Shown: positions 6,947 to 15,196 of the stretch, piece by piece
Layout of the letters: the number at the start of each line of letters is the position of its first letter
Position numbering within the stretch: position 1 is the first letter of the stretch
Origin: an uncultured Methanosarcinales archaeon
Lineage (GTDB): Archaea; Nanobdellota; Nanobdellia; Woesearchaeales; UBA12501
Direction of reading: 5' to 3'
Length of the DNA stretch: 24,000 nucleotides
Assembly: GCA_964459835.1 (NCBI GenBank)
Contig: CAYWPA010000007.1
Span: 11,662-35,661 of the forward strand
Position numbers and translations under genes: made by a program
Notes under the pieces: model-generated
What the model was told of the DNA's origin: nothing
The model's input: the letters and a program-made list of their open reading frames with translations, nothing else
Database searches by the model: none

Positions 6947-9220
6947 ATGGCAGAGGAAGAAGATAAAGGGATGACAGAAAAGGAGAAGAGGAAGAAAGAA
7001 GTAGAGGAATTGCTGCATAAGTACAAGCAGAGGATGAGAGAAGAGTTCAAGACAGAGCCAAAGGAAAATGTTTTGATAAATCCGGTTGCAACAAAAGAAT
7101 ATGTTGATTTCAAGAAAGATTACATGCCAAGGCATCTGAACTTGTATGAAAAATCCTGCAACCTTGCAGAGCAGATACTAAAGATTTCTCCTGACAAGAA
7201 AAAGCTTTCCGATATACAGGAAGCCATAAACATATGCCATCTAAGTGCTACTCCTTCAGGTGTAGCTTCCCTTGCCATACTTGTCCCTATTTTAGTTATT
7301 GTGCTTGGCTCTTTGATAAGCTATGTTTTGGTGCAGTCAACATTCTTTATCATATTCTTTCTTATAATTGGCGTTTCATTGATTCCTGCTTTAAACAAAG
7401 CGCCTTTCTACCTTGCCAACAACTGGAGGATGAAGACAAGCAACCAGATGGTTCTGTCAATATTTTATGCTGTGACATACATGAGGCACACATCAAATAT
7501 TGAAAGGGCTATTGAGTTTGCCTCTGACCATATAGCCCCTCCTTTGTCTCTTGACCTGAAAAAAGTGCTGTGGGACGTTGAGACAGAGAAGTACGAGTCT
7601 GTAAAGGAAAGCCTTGACATATACTTGGAGACATGGAAGAAATGGAACATGGAATTTATTGAGTCTTTCCATCTGATTGAGGGATCTTTGTATGAGGGAA
7701 GCGAAGACAGGAGAATTGCACTGCTTGACAATGCGCTTTCAGTGATGCTGGAAGAGACATACGAAAAGATGATGCATTATTCTCAGAACCTGAAATCGCC
7801 AATCACAATGCTCCATATGCTTGGGGTTATTCTTCCAATACTTGGCTTGGTCATACTTCCTCTTGTTGTCAGCTTTATGTGCGAGGTCAAATGGTACCAC
7901 CTTGCAGCTTTGTACAATGTTGCATTGCCTGTCGGTGTTTTTTTCCTTGCAAAAAGCATTCTTTCTTCACGTCCGACAGGGTACGGGGATACTGACATAA
8001 GCGAGGAGAACCCTGAAATAGCAAAGTACAGGAACATTATTTTCAACATTGGCAAAAAAGAAATAAAGCTGAACCCATTGGTTGTAAGCCTTGGATTTAT
8101 CTTTTTGTTTATTTTTGTAGGATTAATCCCTTTGATTCTTCACTCGCTCACTTCAGATACAAAATGGGACTTGATCTACGATGGTGAAACAGTAAAGGCA
8201 GACTTTACATACGATAATCCTGAAGCAAAGTACAGCCTTTTGGGATATAAAACATCAAAAGGATGCCCTCCAGGAGAAAAAGACGTAGGAAACATAATAG
8301 GGCCATTTGGTTTAGGCGCTTCTATTTTGAGCCTGCTGGTTGTTGCGGGAGTTGGTGTGGGAACAGGGCTTTATTTTAAGCTAAAGTCCCAGAATGTAAT
8401 AGCCATAAGGGAAAAAGCAAAGCAGCTTGAGCAGGAGTTTGCAGCAGCATTGTTCCAGCTTGGAAACAGATTGGGAGATGGCCTGCCTCCAGAGATTGCT
8501 TTCGGAAAAGTGGCTGAATCAATGCAGGGGACTGTTTCAGGAGATTTCTTCAATATGGTTTCTGCAAACATCACCCGCCTAGGAATGAGTGTTGAAAAGG
8601 CAATATTTGATCCTCATCATGGAGCTCTTGTTTATTACCCTTCAAACTTAATTGAAAGCTCAATGAAAGTCTTGACAGAGTCTGCAAAGAAAGGGCCATT
8701 GATTGCAGCACAGGCAATCATCAATGTTTCGCGCTACATAAAAGAGATACACAGGGTTAACGAAAGGCTGAAAGACCTAATGGCAGATATAATTTCATCA
8801 ATGAAGGCGCAGATTTCTTTTTTATCTCCTGTTATCTCAGGAATTGTAATTGGAATTACTTCAATGATAACTACTATTTTAGGGAAGCTCGGGCAGCAAA
8901 TAAGGACAATAAGCGAAAGAGCAGGACCGGATGCAACTGCTCCAGGTGCTCCAGGGACAGAGGGAATAATGAGCTTGTTCGGAGACGGAGTTCCAACTTT
9001 CTATTTCCAGATTGTTGTAGGGTTTTATGTTGTGCAAATTGGATATATACTAACAATTATGGTAAATGGTGTGGAAAATGGATCTGATTCACTGAATGAA
9101 AGGTTCCTGCTTGGAAAAAACCTCATAAAAAGCACACTGCTCTATTGCCTTGTTTCATTATTTGTAATCGTTACCTTCAACATAATAGCCAGTACTATTG
9201 TAGGAGGGATAAAAGGATAA
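6947..9220 (+). CDS. Polytopic membrane protein, probable FlaJ/PilC/TadC-like platform (two T2SSF-like repeats)
   Basis: 757 aa. SD-like gaggtg appears twice just upstream. Two soluble helical blocks are each followed by TM clusters: NIERAIEFASDHIAPPLSLDLKKVLWDVETEKYESVKESL, and LEQEFAAALFQLGNRLGDGLPPEIAFGKVAESMQGTVSGDFFNMVSANITRLGMSVEKAI. That arrangement is the T2SSF layout. It lies immediately downstream of the ATPase. Confidence 0.6.
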   Translation: MAEEEDKGMTEKEKRKKEVEELLHKYKQRMREEFKTEPKENVLINPVATKEYVDFKKDYMPRHLNLYEKSCNLAEQILKISPDKKKLSDIQEAINICHLSATPSGVASLAILVPILVIVLGSLISYVLVQSTFFIIFFLIIGVSLIPALNKAPFYLANNWRMKTSNQMVLSIFYAVTYMRHTSNIERAIEFASDHIAPPLSLDLKKVLWDVETEKYESVKESLDIYLETWKKWNMEFIESFHLIEGSLYEGSEDRRIALLDNALSVMLEETYEKMMHYSQNLKSPITMLHMLGVILPILGLVILPLVVSFMCEVKWYHLAALYNVALPVGVFFLAKSILSSRPTGYGDTDISEENPEIAKYRNIIFNIGKKEIKLNPLVVSLGFIFLFIFVGLIPLILHSLTSDTKWDLIYDGETVKADFTYDNPEAKYSLLGYKTSKGCPPGEKDVGNIIGPFGLGASILSLLVVAGVGVGTGLYFKLKSQNVIAIREKAKQLEQEFAAALFQLGNRLGDGLPPEIAFGKVAESMQGTVSGDFFNMVSANITRLGMSVEKAIFDPHHGALVYYPSNLIESSMKVLTESAKKGPLIAAQAIINVSRYIKEIHRVNERLKDLMADIISSMKAQISFLSPVISGIVIGITSMITTILGKLGQQIRTISERAGPDATAPGAPGTEGIMSLFGDGVPTFYFQIVVGFYVVQIGYILTIMVNGVENGSDSLNERFLLGKNLIKSTLLYCLVSLFVIVTFNIIASTIVGGIKG

Positions 9221-9221
9221 G

Positions 9222-9295
9222 TGGGAACGCGGGGATTTGAACCCCGGACACCTACGTCTTCAGCGTAGTGCTCTCCCAGGCTGAGCTACGTTCCC
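9222..9295 (-). tRNA. tRNA-Phe: tRNA-Phe (anticodon GAA), no encoded CCA
   Basis: The reverse complement folds by hand into a cloverleaf: GGGAACG TA GCTC AGCCTGGGA GAGC A CTACG CTGAAGA CGTAG GTGTC CGGGG TTCAAAT CCCCG CGTTCCC A. Confidence 0.9.
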
Positions 9296-9384
9296 ATGTG
9301 TTATCGAGCCCTTTGGAAAATGGCGAAGATAGCACCTTCGTGTCAACGGAGTAAGCCGTTGCCGCGCCTGAGCTACGTTCCCAT
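9296..9384 (-). other. Duplicated tRNA 5' end plus a structured 70-nt spacer, either a leader or an insertion
   Basis: The 17-bp direct repeat ctgagctacgttcccat occurs at 9281-9297 and 9368-9384, 87 bp apart. The spacer RNA can form CAACGG-CTTACT-CCGTTG and GAAG-GTGCTAT-CTTC hairpins closed by GGC/GCC. Confidence 0.6.
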
Positions 9385-9404
9385 AGGGTTTCTGGATTAA
9401 TGTT

Positions 9405-9414
9405 TATTTTAAAA
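9405..9414 (-). promoter_or_regulatory. TATA box (ttttaaaata on the minus strand) upstream of the tRNA-Phe locus
   Basis: It is centred about 26-27 nt upstream of position 9382-9383. That position is the G+1 of the upstream duplicated tRNA 5' end, not of the complete tRNA. Confidence 0.5.
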
Positions 9415-9425
9415 GGTTTTTGTTT

Positions 9426-9629
9426 TTATCCTATAAGCTTAAACCTTGAAACTTCTTTTCCATCAATGTTTACTGTTTCAAGAAATTCTGATTTTGGCCT
9501 TGCCCATAATGAAGAATCATTTAAAGCTCTGTAAACAACAAGCTCTTCTTTTGTTTCGCTGTGTTTTGCAATGCCAATAACTTCGTAGAAATTTCCTTTG
9601 TAGTGCTGGTATTTGCCTGGCTTTACCAT
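9426..9629 (-). CDS. DUF1653-family small protein
   Basis: 67 aa. GKYQHYKGNFYEVIGIAKHSETKEELVVYRAL...WARPKSEF matches the DUF1653 pattern (Y.HYKG..Y.V...A.HSET.E..VVY). The start overlaps the SSB stop by 1 nt (TAATG). Confidence 0.8.
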   Translation of the reverse strand: MVKPGKYQHYKGNFYEVIGIAKHSETKEELVVYRALNDSSLWARPKSEFLETVNIDGKEVSRFKLIG

Positions 9630-10024
9630 TACTCTATCCTTTCTTCTTCAACATCAAGGTCTTCTTCATCAGAGTCTTCTTTCGGCTCTTTTTCAAAAGC
9701 TTCTTCAGTAGCTTCTTTTGCTGCAGGTGCTGCGCCTTTTTCAACAACCTCAAGCTTTCCGAACTTTCCTGTGCTTAGCTGAAGCTCTCCCTGCCATTCT
9801 CCGACATAGCCGTTAGAAATCTTGACTTTATCGCCTGTATGAGCCTGCTCAACCTGGTCATTCCATAGGGTTAAGGTAATTGTGCCTGTTTCATCCTTTG
9901 CCTTGCAGCTGCAGACTTTTCCAGAGCTTCCGAACTTCTGAAACTGTCTTGGCTCTGATTTTTCAACAATTTCAAGCATAATGTCTACTTTTCCCTGCCT
10001 TGCCTGTAGGTCTTTTATTTGCAT
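9629..10024 (-). CDS. Single-OB-fold ssDNA-binding protein (archaeal SSB/RPA-like) with an acidic C-terminal tail
   Basis: 131 aa. VDIMLEIVEKSEPRQFQKFGSSGKVCSCKAKDETGTITLTLWNDQVEQAHTGDKVKISNGYVGEWQGELQLSTG parallels crenarchaeal SSB. The tail is EDSDEEDLDVEEERIE. Confidence 0.8.
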   Translation of the reverse strand: MQIKDLQARQGKVDIMLEIVEKSEPRQFQKFGSSGKVCSCKAKDETGTITLTLWNDQVEQAHTGDKVKISNGYVGEWQGELQLSTGKFGKLEVVEKGAAPAAKEATEEAFEKEPKEDSDEEDLDVEEERIE

Positions 10025-10068
10025 TTTACCAAGGAATAGGCGCTGTTTTAAAAAGTTTTTTATTATGA

Positions 10069-10197
10069 GGTTAAATCAAGCAGAGTGCCAATGCTGCGCT
10101 CTGTTCGCTTTTGCTTTTCTTTTTCGCAATCGAGGAACTCTCGCAACCGCTTCATTGGCCGGGCACGGCGCTTGGCAGCATTGGCACTTAACTTGAC
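10069..10197. repeat. Intergenic imperfect palindrome, family 2, copy A
   Basis: Perfect 14-bp inverted repeat agtgccaatgctgc (10084-10097) / gcagcattggcact (10175-10188). It shares ggttaa.tcaag, gtgcca.tgctgc.ctctgttcgc, ctcgcaacc and gcacggcg.tt.gcagca.tggcacttaacttgac with the element at 17485-17625. Its flanks match only weakly (ttattatga vs ttattgggc). Confidence 0.6.
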
Positions 10198-10221
10198 AGT
10201 ACATTATTGGGCTGTGTATGC

Positions 10222-11076
10222 TTACTCAAACCTTTTAAAGGCTTTGTCAAGAACATCGTCAGGCCAGCCAAGGCTTTCAAGGTGCTTTCTTATCTCAGCT
10301 TTTGAATGGCCAGAATATAATGCATCAAATATATAATTCTGGAGCTGCCCCATATGCTCTTCTTTGATTAGCTCTTTTATTTCCTTTTCCTCTTTTCTTT
10401 CCTCAAGCAGAAACATGCCTGCTGCTATTACAATAACCAAAACAACTATTCCTATGATGGAGTACCAGAAATACTCATCTGAAAAAAGCTTCGGATCAAG
10501 AATTTTCTTTGCGCCGGGGCAGCAGTTAAATCCCCTTGCTTGCAGCTGCCAGTTGCTTAGGCACTGCTCAACCACGGGGCAGTATTTTTCCACAAACTCT
10601 TCATTGCAGATAACTTCCCCGCCTTCTTTTACAAGCTTTGATGGAAAGTAGATAAAATCTTTTCCGCTTCCCTTGACAAAAGTATTACAGGAAGGGCTTT
10701 TTACTGACTTCAGAAAAGCATCATAGCTCGTGTATTTTATTACAATATCTTCTTTGTCCAGGCCATCGCAGTAAATGCTGTTCGGGCTCTCGCTGACTTC
10801 AACTGTACCTGATGTCTTTTCTATATCGAAAGAATAGATATTCTCATTCCCGAAGTCAATAAGCAGGCACATGTTTGCGCCAACACCAGCGTATCTTGCC
10901 ATTGGATTTGCGGCTGCAAAGCTTGCGACATTAAGCTTTACATCGGTCATGTCTACTCCTGGTATTTTTGCAGCAAAGCCTGTTATCGTAAAACCAGATG
11001 CAAGGTTTATAAGAATTATGACTATAAGCACAAAAACGATTACAATTCCATAGCCTATATCCTCTTTTTTCGGCAT
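10222..11076 (-). CDS. Bitopic/surface protein: N-terminal TM, Cys-containing ectodomain, second TM, and a cytoplasmic small helical module
   Basis: 284 aa. TM segments are MPKKEDIGYGIVIVFVLIVIILINL and YSIIGIVVLVIVIAAGMFLL. There are 8 Cys between them. The C-terminus is LQNYIFDALYSGHSKAEIRKHLESLGWPDDVLDKAFKRFE. A TATA-like aaaatataaatac (complement, about 11097-11108) lies about 27 nt upstream. Confidence 0.65.
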   Translation of the reverse strand: MPKKEDIGYGIVIVFVLIVIILINLASGFTITGFAAKIPGVDMTDVKLNVASFAAANPMARYAGVGANMCLLIDFGNENIYSFDIEKTSGTVEVSESPNSIYCDGLDKEDIVIKYTSYDAFLKSVKSPSCNTFVKGSGKDFIYFPSKLVKEGGEVICNEEFVEKYCPVVEQCLSNWQLQARGFNCCPGAKKILDPKLFSDEYFWYSIIGIVVLVIVIAAGMFLLEERKEEKEIKELIKEEHMGQLQNYIFDALYSGHSKAEIRKHLESLGWPDDVLDKAFKRFE

Positions 11077-11103
11077 TTTTATTCTGCTGTGTATTTTTTG
11101 TAT

Positions 11104-12618
11104 TTATATTTTTGAAAAATCTATTTTGCCGCCAATCAGGTTCTTTAATTTGTCTCTCAGCTCTGAAATCTTCACTCTTTTCTGGCTTGTGGTGTCCCTG
11201 TCCCTTATTGTAACTGACTTGTCATTCAATGAGTCAAAATCAACTGTTATGCAGAAAGGAATTCCTATTTCATCAGCCCTTGCATATCTTCTTCCAATGC
11301 TTCCTGACTTGTCGTACTGGCAATGGAAATCCTCTCTTAAATCACCAAATATGCCTAAAGCAATTTTCAGCAGCTCTTCTTTGTTGCTTACCAGCGGAAA
11401 GATTCCTGCCTTGATAGGAGCCAGCTTAGGGTGCAGCTTCATCACAATATTTCCCCTTTTTTTATCGTCATTATATGCATCAAACATGAATGCAAGGAAG
11501 GCTCTTCCTACTCCCTGCGACGGCTCTGAAGCAACAGCAGGAAGTATTTTTTCCTTTGTGTCTTCATCAAACAGCTTAAGGTCTTTTTTTGATGTTGCTT
11601 CATGCTGCATTAGGTCAAACGTCCCTCTGTCAGCATTTCCATAAATCTCTTTCCATCCAAAAGGAAAATTGTATTCAATATCAAAGCAGGCCTGCGCATA
11701 GTGTGCAAGCTCCTGCACAGCATGCTGCCTTATCCTTATGTTTTCCTTTGCAATTCCAAGGTCAAGGAACCATTTATACTCAAGCGCAAGCCAGTATTTC
11801 AGCCATTTGTTTGCAGCCAAAGATCCTATTTTTGTCTTTGCCTGCTTTTTGTTGTCGTAAAAATTGACTTCCATATTTTTTATCTCATCATAATAAGGGC
11901 AGTCATCCTTTTTCATAGGGTGCGTGAAAAATTCAATCTCCATCTGCTCAAACTCCCTTACTCTGAAAAGGAAATCCCTTGGCGAAATTTCATTTCTGAA
12001 TGCTTTTCCTGCCTGCGCAATTCCAAACGGAAGCTTTAATCTTGAAATCTCTGCAAGAAGCTTTACATGGGTAAAGATTACCTGCGCAGTTTCCCCTCTT
12101 AAGTATGCTATTGAATCGCTGTCCTTGTCAGCTCCAACCTGCACAGGGAACATTAAGTTGAAGTCATTTGCCTCCTTGAAATCTCCATTACACATTGGGC
12201 ATTTCAGCTTGTAAGTTTTTATAACATCATTTATGTCTTCTGCAGTTATTCCCTCAAGCACAAGCTTGTCTTTTGGGTCAATTTGTTTTCTTGCAACTAA
12301 ATCCTCAAGAAAATGATCTGCTCTTGTTTTGTATTTGCATTTTTTGCAGATAATCACTAAGTCTGAGAAGCTTGACAAATGCCCTGAAGCCTGCCATATC
12401 TTCTGGTTTGTTATAATGCTGCCGTCTACCCCAACAACATCATGCCTTGATTGCACAAACCTTTTCCACCAGTCTGATTTTATCGCGTTATTGACTTCTG
12501 TTCCCAAAGGTCCAAGATCAAAGAATCCTGATAATCCTCCGTATATCTCAGCAGCAGGAAAAACAAATCCCTTTTTCTTGCAGAAAACAGCCATCTCCTC
12601 TATTGTTGGTTTGGACAT
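11104..12618 (-). CDS. glyS: Glycine--tRNA ligase (archaeal/eukaryotic-type class II GlyRS)
   Basis: 504 aa. KKGFVFPAAEIYGGLSGFFDLGPLGTEVNNAIKSDWWKRFV, RADHFLEDL, FNLMFPVQVG, YLRGETAQVIF and SEPSQGVGRAFLAF are hallmark blocks of this enzyme. Confidence 0.93.
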   Translation of the reverse strand: MSKPTIEEMAVFCKKKGFVFPAAEIYGGLSGFFDLGPLGTEVNNAIKSDWWKRFVQSRHDVVGVDGSIITNQKIWQASGHLSSFSDLVIICKKCKYKTRADHFLEDLVARKQIDPKDKLVLEGITAEDINDVIKTYKLKCPMCNGDFKEANDFNLMFPVQVGADKDSDSIAYLRGETAQVIFTHVKLLAEISRLKLPFGIAQAGKAFRNEISPRDFLFRVREFEQMEIEFFTHPMKKDDCPYYDEIKNMEVNFYDNKKQAKTKIGSLAANKWLKYWLALEYKWFLDLGIAKENIRIRQHAVQELAHYAQACFDIEYNFPFGWKEIYGNADRGTFDLMQHEATSKKDLKLFDEDTKEKILPAVASEPSQGVGRAFLAFMFDAYNDDKKRGNIVMKLHPKLAPIKAGIFPLVSNKEELLKIALGIFGDLREDFHCQYDKSGSIGRRYARADEIGIPFCITVDFDSLNDKSVTIRDRDTTSQKRVKISELRDKLKNLIGGKIDFSKI

Positions 12619-12839
12619 GGTATTTAGATATTAGGCTGGATTTATATATGTTTTCCATAGATGGAAGCAACGGTAAAGTGGCTTTTATTTATTTTCTATA
12701 TAGAAAATAATTCATAAAAAGACTAAGTTTTAAATACCATATGTGATGTAAATAGCAGATGGAAGACAAATACTGCATTACATTGATAAGCCTGATATGC
12801 ATAGGCTTAGTATTGATTGTTGTTCTATCTTGATATTGC

Positions 12840-13196
12840 CTATCTTAGCCATCCAAAATATCTAAAACCATATATTATCAGAAAGGCAAAGACATACTTC
12901 AACATCCATGCATAGAACGCTTTCTTGTATGTTAATTCATAAGCAAACTTGTATATAGCGATTGTCGCCAGCAGGACAGCCAAGCCTACATATGTGCTTA
13001 CTCTTGCTGTTATCACAACAATAAGAACGTCTATTGCAACCACTGCAACTATCGATCTCCAGAATCCTGTTTTTCCGCCAAGAAACTTTACTGCAAAATA
13101 CAGCGGCAGAGAAATAGTAGCGAGTATAATTATTAAAGGAAAAATATTGTTGTTGAAAAAACCAACTAATGAGTCAAGGAATGATTCAAGCACCAT
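12840..13196 (-). CDS. Small membrane protein (3-4 TM), unknown function; probably co-transcribed with the wHTH gene upstream
   Basis: 118-aa hydrophobic ORF. Its start lies 9 nt downstream of the stop of 13206..13535. Confidence 0.6.
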   Translation of the reverse strand: MVLESFLDSLVGFFNNNIFPLIIILATISLPLYFAVKFLGGKTGFWRSIVAVVAIDVLIVVITARVSTYVGLAVLLATIAIYKFAYELTYKKAFYAWMLKYVFAFLIIYGFRYFGWLR

Positions 13197-13205
13197 TTTA
13201 AAAAA

Positions 13206-13535
13206 TCAAGCATTCACTAAAATTTCTTTTCTATTATGGCTTTTTCCAAGAGCCTCTAAAATTAATGCCTTTTCTAAATCCAAAATTCTTTTCACAATCA
13301 AGGTTTTTGAATTTAAAGTATAAAGCTTTGTCTTGCCAAACTTCCGTGTAACCCTTACAATGCCATACACTTCTAATTCTTTCCAATAGTTAAATAATGA
13401 AGCCCTGGAAATATCTGCTCCTTTAGCAACGTCTGACTTGGTAAAGTCCATGCCTTTATTTTCTACTAGGAAATCGATTATCTTGAAAAGCGGCATTTCT
13501 CCAGTTAAGTGCAATAACAATGATTTTTCTTTCAT
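13206..13535 (-). CDS. Winged helix-turn-helix transcriptional regulator
   Basis: 109 aa. FKIIDFLVENKGMDFTKSDVAKGADISRASLFNYWKELEVYGIVRVTRKFGKTKLYTLN gives the helix-turn-helix plus wing layout common in small archaeal regulators. Confidence 0.65.
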   Translation of the reverse strand: MKEKSLLLHLTGEMPLFKIIDFLVENKGMDFTKSDVAKGADISRASLFNYWKELEVYGIVRVTRKFGKTKLYTLNSKTLIVKRILDLEKALILEALGKSHNRKEILVNA

Positions 13536-13627
13536 TTTAGCTTCCTTTAACCATAAAGATATATTGTTAAATTATATAGAAAAGTATATAAATCTTTTGT
13601 TTCAAAGTATGTTTTGGTGGACTTTTT

Positions 13628-13891
13628 ATGTGGTCTGATGAGGAAATTAAAGGAAAGATCCTGCATAAGCTGACTCGTATGGGCAAGTTTAAGCACAGCC
13701 ATACTTCAATAGATAATCTTCCAAAAGGATTTCCAAAAGATTTAAGAGGCAGAGTTAAAGGCATGGTCGAAGAACTAATCAAAGAAGAGATATTTTTTAC
13801 AAAGCAAACAAGCTATGGAAAAGAAATTTCAATTAATACCGAAAAGAAAGAAAAGATAATGTTTTACATTGAGAAATTTTTAGATAAATGA
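13628..13891 (+). CDS. Small basic protein, unknown function (possibly DNA-binding)
   Basis: 87-aa ORF, divergent from the wHTH gene and convergent with RFC-L. I recognised no family. Confidence 0.45.
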   Translation: MWSDEEIKGKILHKLTRMGKFKHSHTSIDNLPKGFPKDLRGRVKGMVEELIKEEIFFTKQTSYGKEISINTEKKEKIMFYIEKFLDK

Positions 13892-13897
13892 TATGGA

Positions 13898-15106
13898 TTA
13901 CTTCCTCATCCACTCAACTTCATCCTTATCCAATTCAAACTCTTCTGCAATTTCATTTGCAAAATTTTTGTTTTTTCTCATTGCTTCCTGCAGGAACGGA
14001 AGAGTGTCTTTAATTACCGCTGCTGCGCTTGAGTGCGTTTTTTCAGCAATCTTTGCTGCAATTGCCTTTCTTTTCTGGTATTTCATGTTTGCAATGTATA
14101 TTTTCAGAAGGCGCTGCGTAGGGCCGTAGCTGACGAACTTTTTGTACTTCTCATCTTTTGAGACAGAAATCCCTGCTGTCAGGAAAGCATTAACATAAAC
14201 CAAGAATCTCCAGTGCTGCCATCTTCTTATTCTCCTGCTCATGACATCTGCTTTTGAAATGTAGTCATACGCCCTTGCAAGGTCTTCAGGCTTTTCATAC
14301 TCTTTTGGAAGGTTTTCATCCAGCCACAAAAACCTCTTGTCAAAATCCTCAGCTACATTGTCAAATGCATTTATTGCTATGTTTGGGTCTGTTGTCTTGA
14401 ATACCTTAAGCAATGCATTGATTATTGTCTCTTCCCTTTCCCTCTGCCCAAGCCCGTCTATATCTTCTTTTTTCAGCTCCTTCTTCTCATGGGAAATGCT
14501 CTGGAGATCGTTTATTGCGGCCCTTACATCCCCTCCGGCCCTTCTTGCCAGCGAACTGATATCATCATCCGCTGCCTTAATGCCTTCTTTTTTGCATATC
14601 TTTGAAAGAATCTTTGCAATGTTAGCATAATTAATCTCATTGAATTCAATAATGCTGCATTTTTTTCTTAGTGAAGCAAACTTCTTGTCAAAAGGGTCAT
14701 TTGCAGTGCAGACAATTGGAAATCCTGTTTCATCAATAAGCTCTGCCAGTGCAGTAACTCCGCCTCTGTCTTCCATGCCTGACAATCCATCTATTTCATC
14801 AACAAGAATTATTTTGCCTTTTGAGAACAACGACTGCTGCTTTGCCGCGCTTCCAACTGTGCTTTTTATATTCTCTGCGTTTCTGAAATCAGATGCATTG
14901 ACTTCTATCAGCTCAAGCCCGAGCTCATTTGCCAGTGCATAAGCTGCTGCTGTTTTTCCACAGCCTGTCGGGCCGTATATTATTGAAGCTTTTTTCTTCT
15001 GCTTTTTAAAATTCTCAATAAACTCTTTCAGCTGCCTTACAGCACTCTCCTGGCCTTCTATGTCTTTGATTGTTTTAGGCTGATAAAGCTTTATCCAAGG
15101 AATCAT
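13898..15106 (-). CDS. rfcL: Replication factor C large subunit (AAA+ clamp loader)
   Basis: 402 aa. N-terminal PWIKLYQPKTIKDIEGQ, Walker A GPTGCGKT and Walker B ILVDEIDGL are present, with a C-terminal helical region. A TATA-like aatttaaataatc (complement, about 15128-15140) lies about 27 nt upstream. Confidence 0.85.
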   Translation of the reverse strand: MIPWIKLYQPKTIKDIEGQESAVRQLKEFIENFKKQKKKASIIYGPTGCGKTAAAYALANELGLELIEVNASDFRNAENIKSTVGSAAKQQSLFSKGKIILVDEIDGLSGMEDRGGVTALAELIDETGFPIVCTANDPFDKKFASLRKKCSIIEFNEINYANIAKILSKICKKEGIKAADDDISSLARRAGGDVRAAINDLQSISHEKKELKKEDIDGLGQREREETIINALLKVFKTTDPNIAINAFDNVAEDFDKRFLWLDENLPKEYEKPEDLARAYDYISKADVMSRRIRRWQHWRFLVYVNAFLTAGISVSKDEKYKKFVSYGPTQRLLKIYIANMKYQKRKAIAAKIAEKTHSSAAAVIKDTLPFLQEAMRKNKNFANEIAEEFELDKDEVEWMRK

Positions 15107-15167
15107 TTAACTAGACAAATGCACTGATTATTTAAATTTTGTTGATGTATGATGCTATAGAAAGATA

Positions 15168-15175
15168 TTTATATT
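15168..15175 (+). promoter_or_regulatory. TATA box (tttatatt) for the 15197 gene; leaderless spacing
   Basis: agatatttatattgg is centred about 26 nt upstream of ATG 15197. Confidence 0.45.
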
Positions 15176-15196
15176 GGTTATATCACCTACTCCCTG

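Noticed and set aside
9298-9367. Second tRNA or pseudo-tRNA in the spacer upstream of tRNA-Phe
   Set aside because: It has two hairpins (6-bp stem with 6-nt loop, and 4-5-bp stem with 7-nt loop). There is no T-loop consensus, no matching acceptor 3' strand (ATTTTCC pairs poorly with GGGAACG), and no cloverleaf.
11900-12360. Cys pairs in GlyRS (CKKCKYKTRADH ... KCPMCNG) as a possibly novel zinc-ribbon insertion
   Set aside because: To my recollection a C..C...RADH...C..C element at this position is common in archaeal GlyRS, so it is not unusual.
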